A stretch of 55,723 bases of DNA, the filler included, from Platydemus manokwari (lineage: Eukaryota), in assembly GCA_037951405.1 (NCBI GenBank). It is 5 parts of 5 records of this genome, joined end to end, with 100 filler letters (N's around TTAATTAATTAA, not from the genome) between each part and the next. Parts side by side here need not be neighbours in the genome. Positions count along the whole stretch, not along the records: positions 36,960 to 46,190 come from JBBMOY011279984.1; positions 46,291 to 55,723 come from JBBMOY011249985.1; 3 more parts are not named here. The stretch is one strand, 5' to 3'. A program made the position numbers and the translations under genes. The notes under the pieces were generated by a model, which saw nothing but the letters and a program-made list of their open reading frames with translations, did not search any database and was not told where the DNA came from. The stretch's first letter is position 1. The number at the start of each line of letters is the position of its first letter. Shown here in pieces: positions 39,231 through 50,860 of this stretch.

Positions 39231-41479
39231 GCTGATAATTAGTTTCACAAGGATCGACAATAGTTACAATTGATAAGATATGAACAAGAAATACGTAGAA
39301 TCTCTGCTGACTTCCACATCAGAGTAATTTTAAATGATTTCTGATGTGAGTGGAGATTACAAAATTTGAGAAGTTAGTCAAATGTACCAATAAGCCTGTC
39401 GTAGAAATATCATTATAACGGCTTATAACGGCTTAATTATTATGAACTATGCTTTTAATAATAACACCAAATATTTTAGTTTGATCATAATTTAATTAAA
39501 CTTCATATTTTCAACTAAAATAAAATCTTTGTGTGTTTATTTTAAATGAAAGTTCGTCATTTAGTAAACTCATTGATAGAAATCTTTCTCTTGAAACTAA
39601 TTAGAAGTCTTCAAGAAAACTCTTTGATAAAAAATACTACATGTTATTCGATAATTGAAATAAATATTGCCATTGCTAAATAAGGTGATAGTGATGAATT
39701 CTGATAGTAATAGCAAGCCGCTTTATTACATAGAAACTATAAAATCCTTGTGCAGCGGAAATTTACTAGGAATTTTAAGGTTATAAATGAATTAGTAATA
39801 CATTCTTTTAGTAATAATTTGAAATGAAAATGCAACTATGATGTATTGAACACTTTATTAGAAAAAGAAAATTATTAGTTAATAGTTTCTTTATATGTAT
39901 TTCATATAAATAAAACCTTTTTCTGATTTCTGTTTAATAACAGTTGAGCACTCTTGATTATAAGAATATAATTCATATTGTCAAACATATGGTCAGAAAA
40001 ACTCTGCAAACATATGTCTGTTTGCTTGCCAAAAGTAAGATATTTTGACGCCAATGAAACATTTGTTTTATAAAAAATGAATTAAAATTTTTTGGCTGCA
40101 AAAAAAAATTATGTTTAGAGGTAATTTTTCTGGATATATTAATAATCGAACAATCTCTTTGTAATATCTAAATAGCTAAAATGAGTTGATTCTTCAATAT
40201 GACAATATACACTTTTTATTATTCAAATTTCACATAAATGATGAGAACTCTTAGTCGTTATTTATAAGGATCCTTTATACTAACTGTATATTAAGCTTCG
40301 TTATAGAATAATTTTATTTGAAGCATTACTGGTATTATGAACAGTAATTATAGATCCGAGATAATACTATTTGTAGACCGAGAAATCCAAAGAATGCAAA
40401 TATATTAAAACGATGAGTACATTTGTAATAATCATTATTACATATTCTAGCACTTAATCAATATGTTTATCTTAAATATATTATCTTAATATATTTATCT
40501 TAAAATTATTGTGTAAAGTCCACAAAATATCTCGAGACAAAATTACACCAAATTGTACTAAAAATGTTTTCAACTTAATTAATTTAATTTTCTTATTTAC
40601 GATTCTCAAATGAAATCATATTTAAAATTTATTGTTGATTGAAATAAATAAAAAAGTTAAAGTTAAATATTTCGTAATTTTATTTTGTTTTAACTAGATC
40701 TACAAAGGTAGAAATTTTAAATTTAACCACTAAAAATGATTTTATGAAAGTACCTCGAAATCATGTTAACCATTGATCAGTGGATTTTCAATATAAATTT
40801 CAATTATATTTTTGAATCAGTTGTGCATTTGGAATTAATTTTTTAATAATTTTAATATATTTTATAAAATCTTTTAAATCTTTATTTGTGATATTATATA
40901 ATATTTTTTGGTTTCGGATTTGTGATTTAAGGAATTTAGAATTTAATCAGGTGCTTTCTTTGTATTTAAAAACATGAAAGCCTTAATATTTTCTAATAAA
41001 TTTATGAATGGAAGTAATCTAAATATCATTTGCAAATTTTTAATACTAATTAATCTAAATATTTAACATTTACGAAATTAATAAGTTCTTATTTTGGAAT
41101 TATTTAACTTTAAATATATGATTTATTAATTGTTATGGCGTTTAAAGTATTAATAAGAAGTTATACATATATTTTAATAGTTTGTATTTTCTTTGTTATT
41201 TGTGAAACAAGTTTAGTTAAAATTTTTTTGGGTATTTAACTTCTGCAAATATAATTTAAAAGCTAATGCTTTACAAGTTATCGACAAAATTAGTAATCCA
41301 AATATTGTGATGGAAAAAGTTCGAGAAATAATCAATTGTAACAAGATTAAATCAACTCAAGATAAATCTGAAATTTTTCTCGAGTTTTACTAATAATAAT
41401 GGTTTACTATACATTTAAAATTTTCTTCAACATGGATTTAATTATATCAACTAATAATTATAAGGTGCTTTTGCATTTG

Positions 41480-42160
41480 ATCAGTAATTATTTGCGCTAA
41501 CAGGGTCAACACTTACAAGTATGCTCAGCAAGATGACTGAGTATGCCCCCAGTCCCAGGAGAAACTCATACAACCCATTTTCCATAAATCATGATTTTTA
41601 TAGGCAAGAAAAATCTTAATGCATCAAATCACCTATAAAGCCGATAATAAAAAAATACGGAAAAAGATAATCTACGAAAAGAAATTAACAATCTTAAAGA
41701 AGCACTCAAAGAGAAAGACAAGATGTCGTTAAAAGCATGACGGCAATCAAACTGCCTAGACAACCTTTCTTGGCCGGAGCAAAAAATGACTTTCGAAGAA
41801 GTCTGACCAACATGAATCTTGGCAACTTATTTAACAATGCATTATCAGCGGCATTCGAAATTATAAATTCGACAACTAACGCAAAAGCATGGCCTAAGAA
41901 AAACGAGTTTGAAGAACACTACATATACAGACAGAACGAATATTTTACGATATCCATCTGCCAATCTCCGTGTAATGAACTAGAAAATCAATTCTGTGAA
42001 TTAAAATAGCTAACAAAAGGAGTCCAAACTTTTCATTTGAGAAAAAAATGAGGAGACAGTCTAGCAAACGCCACGGATGATGGAATAATAATAATAATAA
42101 ACAGTGCAGGACGAAATATTATCGGATATCGAGAACTACTTTATGCAGATTTAAACTCCA
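41480..42160 (+). mobile_element. Non-LTR retrotransposon fragments
   Basis: A-rich decayed coding-like sequence ending in an (AAT)5 run (~42085-42100), followed by GYRELLYAD, resembling the LYADD RT motif. Confidence 0.35.
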
Positions 42161-42275
42161 AAATCTTACATCGCTATGATTTGTGGAAATCGCAATAGTG
42201 TACACTGAATGATAAAAATGCCTCAGAACCCACTCAACTACTCGGGTTTCGATTCAAGTCGTCTAAATATGGATA

Positions 42276-44322
42276 CAGTATTCCTTTTCCTAATTGCCAC
42301 TCTTTCTAGTCTCCAAATTTTTAGGAAGTTCAAAAATTATAATAGAAAACTCCTCCAAGCTGCCAGTTCTGTTGACCATCACATTTAAAAAAAATATTTT
42401 AATGATTTGTTTTTATTTTTGACATGGTAACTGTTAGTTGCGAACACTTCTTCATTTTTTAGGTTGGATTCAAAAGTCATAATTGTTTTAATACACCAAT
42501 AATATATTTTCATATTACATATTTTCAGAACAAATATTCTATTAGTTTTTTACATTCTTTAAAAATTTAAAATTTCGATTAATATTGTAAACTTAAATTT
42601 CAAATTTTTTAATTGATTTTTTTAACATATTTATTTTGAGATGTTACGGTAACAGTTTGAGCGAGATAAATACAAAAATTAAATATTTTTAATATAATTA
42701 ATTAAAAATATGTTTTAATTATTAATCGTAATCTTGTTTATATTATAAACCACACAATAACGTTGTTTTATTATTAATTTTTTATGAAAAACTTTTCATT
42801 GGGCCTTATTTATGGCAAAACGGAAGTGTGTAAAGTTAACTGTTGTAGAAAAAAATTTGAATTTTGAAGTATATTGAATCTTGTCACATATATATTCAGA
42901 TAACAGTAGCATAGGTTTACTCTGGAAAATTAAAAAAGAACTTTCAAAAAGAACCATTAATGATATTAGAAGAAACAAGGATTTTTTGATTCAAAATGCT
43001 GATCTTGTACACGAAAGTGGTTGGCGAAATCCGGTTTTAAAGTTTAATGTTTTAGACAAAGAATTGTCCGCATTGGTTGATAGACTTGAAGAAATGGGTG
43101 CAATCATTACGGATTATATAATAAAAGAAAAGACAGTTCAAAAGAAGATTTTTAAATGAACTTTAATCAGAAATTAAAAGAATATGGACCTGGAAATGTT
43201 TATAATGCTGATGAGACAGGCATCTTTCACAAACTTATTCCGGCTAAATCAATATGTAAAAATGTTAAGATTGGTTATAAAATATTGAAAGATAGAATAA
43301 TTTTCCTCTATAATTTTGCGTAAATATGACAGGAAGTCATAAATTAAAACCTATTTTTAAAGGTAAATTTTCTAAACCAAGGTGTTCCAAAGGTTTCTCA
43401 TTTTAACTACTATAGTTCTTCCAAGGCATGAATGACCAATAACATTTTTCATAAATGATTATAGGATTGGAATTTCAAACTATTTAAATTGTAAAAAAAG
43501 GTTCTGTTGATTATAAATAACCGCACAGCTCATAAAATACAAGTAAACTTGTAATTTATTGATGTGGTATTTTTACCTCCCAATTCCACCAGCTCATTAC
43601 AGCCACTTGATCAAGGTCTTATAAAATGTTTTAAAACCATTTTTACTAGTAAGAAATTAATTGACATAATTGAAAAAATAGAATGCGATAATGTACATTT
43701 GAAGCTTATAAAAAATTAACTCTAACTGACGCAATTATTTTTTTTAACACTAGCTTGAAATGAAATAACAACTTGAACAATATGAACAGTTTTAGTCATG
43801 CCAATATGGACAAATAAGGAAAGTGGTGAATTGACAACAGAATTTGTTAATAATTTTAATGAATTTATTTCTAAATCTCGGATACTTGATTCTCTTGGTG
43901 AATATGAATTTATGAATCTAGGTTTTACTGATGATGATGTAATTTTAGAAGAAGAATTTGAATTTGAAAATTAAAATCTGAAAGAAAACTCTAGAGTTCA
44001 AAAAGTTGAAAAAGAATAATAAAATAATGATGTTCATAACGTTGTAAGTGTTTCTGGAAAGGAATGCTATTCTGATATTCAATCAATAAAAAATACTTCG
44101 ACCATCCCGACATGTTTGATTTTTAAAGCCATTGAAGGACTGAATCAAATCTTCGAAGCCTTGAAGAAGAATAAAATTATTTGCACACTAGATATTTGGA
44201 TGATAAAAAAATAAAAAGTTCATTTGATTGCCCTTCTTTATTGTTTTGCTTATAAAGAAACTCCTGTTAACCGCCACGTTTTTCCAATTGTTCAAAAGCG
44301 GCGGTTAGAAGGAGGAATACCG
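42276..44322 (+). mobile_element. Full-length decayed pogo/Tigger DNA transposon
   Basis: TA|CAGTATTCCTTTTCCTAATTGCCAC at the left matches the reverse complement of the right end, TA|CGGTATTCCTCCTTCTAACCGCCGC. The transposase starts at ATG 42812 (MAKRKCVKLTVVEK, CENP-B-like HTH) and has VYNADETG, KLKPIF.GK..KPRC and FLPPNSTSSLQPLDQGLIKCFK, with many stops and frameshifts. Confidence 0.93.
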
Positions 44323-44509
44323 TATAATTAATAAACCAATAAAGATGGAGATGAAAAAATTTAGTAGGAATTAGTGGACGGAAATTTTGGAAAAATTAAT
44401 TGTCGAAAAACATGATTTCGAATTTTTTTCACAAACATATCAAATCAAGAACCATTTAAACAAGACGGAATCAAATATAAAAACATTCTTTGATAAATGA
44501 TTTGAATAA

Positions 44510-45195
44510 ATTTTTGATATCATAATGGAATATCCAGTTTCTATTCCAATAGTAAAAGAATTGAGCAAATATTATTCCATATTGGATAATAGAAAGGATT
44601 TTCTAATGAATTGAATATCGAAGTCGAAGAAAGAATTTTACAAAGGTATGTTCAAACCGAAGGTTTAGTAACAGCTTACATTTATCTGATTAGATCATTG
44701 AGATTGATTGATCAGACTAATCTTTTGGAAGAAAGAGTTAGTCATCCTATTCGAAGTTATTTAAATAAAAACGAAGATGCACTGGAATCGATTATTATTA
44801 AAATTTTAGAAAGTACTGATAAGGATTATTATAGTATTTATGAAGAATTGAATCCACCCACTCCAGGTAAATTTCGTTCTGATGACATATATTTCGAAAA
44901 TTCCGACGTAAAATGTACTTTAGAAGAAATGCATAACTGGAATCCTGATCCCATTGAAACTTTAGATGAACGTAATTTATTGCAGAAAGTTTTAGATTTT
45001 CTCAGTTTATTGTTGTGTAGTTATAACAGTCAAATTTTTGCCGAAGAGTAGACAAAGTTATTGAGTAAAAGATTATTAGAAAACATCAATTTCGATGCTG
45101 ACAAAGAGCTGCGAAATTTAGAATTAATTAAGCGTAAATGTGGACAAAAATTATCACAAGAAATGAGATGTAATTTTAGAGGATATTGTTAAAAT
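44510..45195 (+). pseudogene. ANAPC2: Anaphase-promoting complex subunit 2 (cullin-like) fragment, intron-free and disabled
   Basis: FDIIMEYPVSIPIVKEL / EERILQRYVQTEGLVTAYIYLIRSLRLID...PIRSYL...WNPDPI...DFLSLLLCSY...FAEE*TKLLSKRLL...KELRNLELIKRKCG follows APC2 colinearly (FPDS; RLLHPGV.T; LRVLD; EPIRRYL; WVPDPV; EYR.LLADRLL; EIRNVELLK). Frameshift near 44610, in-frame TAG at 45049-45051 where Tyr is expected, and a further frameshift near 45165. Confidence 0.85.
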
Positions 45196-45289
45196 ATTTT
45201 TCGTTATTTATGCTATTTGACTTATCTTTATAAATTATTTTATTATTATACGCTTTACTTACATTATAAATACTATTATGACTACTTAT

Positions 45290-46190
45290 ACTCACGGTAT
45301 CCTGATCAACATTGCTCCGAACCACTCTCCTGAGGTCAAAGCTTTGGCTTTGGATACTCAGTTCAGCTTTTATTCTCTAATTCAACGGTTTCTTGATATA
45401 CTGCCACGGATGGTCCTCCTTTCCTGTAATTAGACGCTTTTACAATATTATTAAATCGTCTTTTGAAGTTTTCTCTCCTTGTTAGTTTTGTGCTATATGA
45501 ACCGGTTTGTTGCAGTTGCATCAAGTCCTGGTCACTATTTTTCTAATTTGCTCTTTTGGTTTCTGATTGGCTTTTCGTGATGTTATCCAATTATCAGATG
45601 TAACAACATTCTTATTTTTTACTTCTCGAATTTCATCTAGCTTTTTAATTACCGTTTTAATCTTCGATAATTTATCAATGTCCTGTATTTTAATCTCTCT
45701 TTAATTCCGCATCCTCTGAACAATAAACTGCCAGGAATACGACCAGATCTTCTTTCGTTGTTTTATGCGACATAATGCCATCCACCATCTGTTCAATTTT
45801 ATCAAAGAATACTTCGGCAAATTTCAACTGCCTTCGATATTGGAAAGCTCTCGACCAAATTTAAACCAATGATCTTTTTTGACCAAAGGCAGTTTTCTTT
45901 CACAATCCTTAATTTCGCCTGAAACTGCCTCGTATTGAGTGATAGGGCTCTAATTTAATAGGGTAATTACAACCAGATTTCACATAGATTTGGTTGTTTT
46001 GCAAATATCGAAGTGTCGATTACAGCTTTTAATAAACTATTCGATGTCGTCGCGTCATCTGTGTCTTTCTGGAACAAATCTGCTCAGGATCGCATCGATA
46101 TGCGCGGTTGCCATGTTAGTAGTAGCTACCTCATTTGAAATTGAAGATTCAATGGAAGAATTGATTTAAACGATTTCCGTAACTTTTATT
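45290..46190 (-). mobile_element. LTR retrotransposon gag remnant, truncated by the spacer
   Basis: DDIE*FIKSCNRHFDIC gag-like start and a decayed knuckle T*CNCNKPVHIAQN* (~45485-45530); its 5' part is similar to 4134-4200. Confidence 0.6.
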
Positions 46191-46290
46191 NNNNNNNNNN
46201 NNNNNNNNNNNNNNNNNNNNNNNNNNNNNNNNNNTTAATTAATTAANNNNNNNNNNNNNNNNNNNNNNNNNNNNNNNNNNNNNNNNNNNN
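46191..46290. other. Artificial contig spacer / assembly gap
   Basis: Same 44N-12-44N structure. Confidence 0.97.
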
Positions 46291-47526
46291 ATATCAAAAA
46301 TAATTACACAATCAAAGAGCATAATAATCAAATTATCATATTATAAAAGTCATTGCTCAAGTTATCATCAGTTATCAACACAATTAAAAGAGTTAAATGA
46401 TCAAGTCATTAAATGTCTGAATTATTGAATTGTCTGGGTTTTTCAAAGTTCGTATTTTTCATTCAGAATTCTTGCCGAAATCAGGCATCCAAATCTATGC
46501 TCCATTTTTGGTTTGGTTTTATGGGTTTAATAACAATTGGTGTACAGGGTCTTTGTCGTCTAGGGGGAGTTCTTGCTTTTTTAAACACTGGTTTACTGGG
46601 CTCTTTGCTTATGTGTTTTTGGAGTGGCTGCTGTTGTTGGTGTCTCCATTCCCTGTAGAATTTAACGGTATATGGAGTATTTTATTCTTCGCTCTCCTCG
46701 CTGTCTGAGTAGAACACTACGCGTTCCATATCGTTTTCCCAACAATATGAATATTCGAATGCTTCATTATGTTTTCCATATTTGAAGTCAAAAAGACGTT
46801 ATTTAACGAAAAATTGAAAATTAATTGTTCCTCAAAATGCTTTTCACTTTCATTATCATTTTAAAAAAAATTAAAGAATGAATTTGATATTTATTGAAAA
46901 TAATTTGTCAAAGGTTTATTTATACTAATTCGTGAAATCAATGATTCTAAAATTAATCACAATACGAGACTATAATCATAATAATATATTTATTCAATAT
47001 TTATTCAACATGAAATATGGACAAAAAGTATTACTCCGGTTGATCGTGCATATGTAATGTATGCACTCAAGTACAACCAAACTACATGTAAGAGAAGAAA
47101 ATTTATTTACAATAATTCTGATGCTTGGATCTTCCGAATTAATTGATTTTCACGATAGAATAATTAAACTAAATTAAAACGTTTAACTTTCCAAACTGGA
47201 AGTCAGATAAATTTGTTAAAAAGCACTATGTGTTCCAAAAGTAGTTGTATTTATTTTTAACAAAACTATTAGTTAAAAATAAAAGTTTTATTTATTGCAT
47301 GATTTTCTTTAATATATTTTTATCAAGATGATTTACGTATTACTTAGTATAATTTTGTTCTAAATGAGTTTAAATAATGATTTAAATTTTGATCGTGTGT
47401 TTAAATAATGATTTATTTTTGAATTATTATAAATTTTGTGTAATTATATCTATTAAATAATATACTATAAACATATTGTTTATCTAAAAATGAGAGGTTG
47501 CATTTTTATTTTATTTTATTCTTTAG

Positions 47527-48350
47527 ATGCTGGTTTTTCGAAATTCCATATGTAACATGAAAGTTAAATTTCCAATTTTTAAATCTTCAGCTTTATTTTT
47601 ATCAGATTTTCCTGAAAACACTGACAAAACTAATGAGAATAAAAGCTTAGTTGAAAAACTTGATCTGATGATCAAAAAGGCAGAACACGAAATGACATTA
47701 AAAACTAAGGAACCTATTCCTAATACAGATGATATACATGAACGTCCTTTATACACAGAAGCCATTTCAACTCCTCTTCCAAAGAAAAAGATATCGAAAG
47801 AAGTTAATAAATATTTTAAAATAATGAACTGTGTAATGTGGTTTATCATTAGCCTCAAAAGATAACATCTCAATTAACTCCGTGGACTATGTCCAATTTA
47901 TTAAAACCATTGGATCTGGCTAATTTACCAAGTCGAAAATCAAATTCCACAACACCACCGAAATCATTTGCAAGCTTATTTAGACAATCAACTTTAGTTC
48001 AATTAGGTAATTTCGAAAATATGAAGGTCGAAATTAATTGATAATTTGCTGATTTATTTTAATCGCCGTATTTAATTTATCAGGTTATTGGAGTTGTTTT
48101 CGAAGTTGTAGGCAAAGACTTGTACATTGATTTTGGTGGTAAATTTTATTGTGTTTGTAAACAACCCGACGAAGGGGAAAAATTTGTCCGAGGGTCTCTT
48201 GTGAGAATCTTATTGAAAGATATGGAATTAACGGGTACATTTATGCTGGATAAAGTTGCAACAACTGTTTTGGAAGCCGACGCAATACTTTTGGGTGGGG
48301 TATCATCAGTGAATAAAGAAGATATACAATTACTTTTTACTCCGTTGTAA
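47527..48350 (+). CDS. MRPS28: Mitochondrial small ribosomal subunit protein S28 (bS1m), three exons, predicted 238 aa
   Basis: Exons 47527-47802, 47853-48026, 48084-48350, all phase 0, introns of 50 and 57 nt. SFASLFRQSTLVQLG...VIGVVFEVVGKDLYIDFGGKFYCVC...VRILLKDMELT...TTVLEADAILLG closely follows the MRPS28 core. Exon 1 and the weak donors (gttaat, gtcgaa) are less certain than exon 3. Confidence 0.92.
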
Positions 48351-48899
48351 AGCATTTTGACTTCGTTTTTTTATTAATGTCGGCTATTTAGAATTTTAAT
48401 ATTGATAATCAAACGAATTTCATTGGTTGATTTTTTAATTTATTATTTGATAATGTTTTGTTGAATATAATATTTTTACCTGTCGAGAATTTTTCGACTT
48501 TGGTATGACTCGTTAATAATCCTTTTCTAGCAGCCTATTATTTGATAATTGGAAGCGTAATGTAAAACTTAATCACTATAAGTCGTTAATTGTGGATTCG
48601 TTGATATATTGATCTTTAGGTTCAACAATTAAATGATTTCTTGATTTTTGTGTTGTTTTTTATTTTTTGTCTGTTTTTTAAAATCTTTTTTCGTGCTATG
48701 GGCTTCTATAGCAATATGAAGACTATTATATGGATAAACTTGAACTACTGGCACGGAAATTGTTGATGATTATGTAATCTATATGATCAGTAAAGATTTA
48801 AAAATTGAATGCACTCGTTTAGGTGGGATTTGATTGGAATTCTATAGTAGATTGTTTTTGCCGTATTATTTGTTTATCATTGATACCAAGGTGTGGAAT

Positions 48900-50860
48900 A
48901 ACGTGATGATCTGTGGATCTAAAGTAGAGATGTTGTGGAATTTGGAGGGGGCAATTCACAGTGATCAGCGAGAGCCGTTGAAAGTGAGAATCCTAAAATT
49001 ACAAGATAACTTGAAAATGCTTTTTGATAATGGAGTGTTTTAAACTGGTGCCGAATGAACTCTGTGGCATGCAGAACTGATAACCGAGTGGAAAGGAAAG
49101 AAAAAGAAACCAAAAGTTATAATTACTGAAAGAATTTGCTCCGACTTCATCGGTGGTGTTAACATGGTGATTGCATTTGGGATTTAGATGAAAGAAGTGG
49201 GCACAAATATACAGATGAGTACTAGAAATGATCAAAACTGGAAACACAGGAGAAAGGAACCCTCACCAAGCAATACAGGAAAACATTAGTGGCTTCAAAA
49301 GTTGATCTAGGCAGAATCAACTTAGTGGTTGCCGATATTAAAATGACCGATAATTCTCTTTCGCAGCATCCCAAAAGACACTTTGAAACAAAAATCGAAG
49401 ATGTTATAAAGTTTGCTTATAATAAGACCATATAAAAGTGAATCATATGGCATACAGATTAAACAGGTACAACAGTGTACGATTAAACTGTGATCGTTTT
49501 TAGGACTAGAAAACTATTTCTATCAAGAATTATGCTGTAATAGCCGCTCCACCATAAGCAGCAACAACGGTCGGAGGTAAGGAATCATGTCAAACAAGTT
49601 TTTCGAATCTAAAGTCAGCACTCTGTTAAGCATCAATTCTGGATTGCCCATGAGAAAACAAGATATTTGTACTTGATATGGACTCGAGTTTAGGTTTGAT
49701 TGGGTCCGCTATAAGTCAAGTTACTGAAGAAAGAGCAGAAATATTTACAGCCTACGGGTCGCAAGAAAGAATACTGTGTTACCACAAATGAACTACTGGG
49801 CATCCACGAGTGTGTTATTTACTTTAAACTATACCTGTACAGGAAGAAATTCAATGAGAGGACCGATCGCAAAGTCCTTGTCTTCTTGAACTCGTCAAGT
49901 TAACCAATGAGACTGTAATTTCAAACATAGATGGAGACCTTGTCAGGATTCGATTTCGATACAGAAAAGGAAAGAATCACACCAAAGCAGTTGAATTGTC
50001 TAGAAATAATGAGATACTGTGCTTTCAGTGCAAGACGAGAGACACAATGGAGCAAAAACAGAAAACCCTAAAATCAGGTATTAAGTGCAAATACTAATAG
50101 AGTAGGAGATAATGCAGCAAATCCAGCATGTACAACATAAGGATGCAGAAATAGTGGAGACACTTATATTTCTAAATGATGAAACAACTCTAATTAGCAT
50201 GGAATTCTGAAATAAACACTTACCTTCGAAAATTAAAGATATGTTGAAGGTGGTCGACAATATTTTGATACTGTAGAAAGAGGAAGTTTTGACTCTTATA
50301 ATTCCAAACGTTTTCGCAGCTCAATGTGACATCAAAATTTGCGAGGAACTCTGACAGTAAAGAACAAAGAAAAAATTTGCACATTTGAATGGTCATATTC
50401 ACTAGCCCGACATGTTTAAAGCTATCAAAGAGGTACTGAAAGAATGCATTATTTATGCATAGAGAAAGGTTGATCAATCCAGAACTAGGGAATTTCTGCT
50501 CCCTGTGGTTGTCTCTGAATTTCAATAGCAAGTCATGGTGAACATTGCTAAAATGGAAGCAGTGCATAGTAACAGGAAGTAACTAGTAGTCATTATCGAG
50601 AGATTGAGCAAGCTGGTGAGTCTCACTGCTGCATCTGTAAAATCTTCCAAGTTAACCCGAACTCGTGAATTTATCGTTTTGGAAAACCAAAATGCATTCT
50701 ATCTGATGATGGGAAACAATTTACAGGTAAACCTTTGAGGGGTGGTGTTCAAAATTGGGTATCAAACAAGAATTCAGCTCATTATACCAGCATGAATCGA
50801 ATGGGTTAGCGGAAAGAGTCATCAGGACAGTACGAGATATGATAACAACTTCCTAAAGAG
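48900..50860 (+). mobile_element. Ty3/Gypsy pol remnant (pre-RT, RNase H, integrase) lacking the RT core
   Basis: DLGRINLVVADI...ETKIEDVIK, SFLGL, YCVTTNELLGIHECVIYFKLYLYRKKFNERTDRK (RNase H), KPKCILSDDGKQFT and IKQEFSSLYQHESNGLAERVIRTVRDMI (integrase). Confidence 0.88.

Noticed and set aside
45049-45051. In-frame TAG in APC2 as evidence of an alternative genetic code or readthrough
   Set aside because: Nearby frameshifts indicate pseudogenisation, and the intact genes translate cleanly in the standard code.
47523-47873. 116-aa minus-strand ORF
   Set aside because: Antisense shadow of MRPS28 exon 1; 48146..48355 is likewise a shadow of exon 3.
49046-49055. TGGTGCCGAA resembling a tRNA-Phe primer-binding site
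   Set aside because: Only 10 nt, not preceded by a definable LTR ending in CA, and apparently inside decayed coding sequence.
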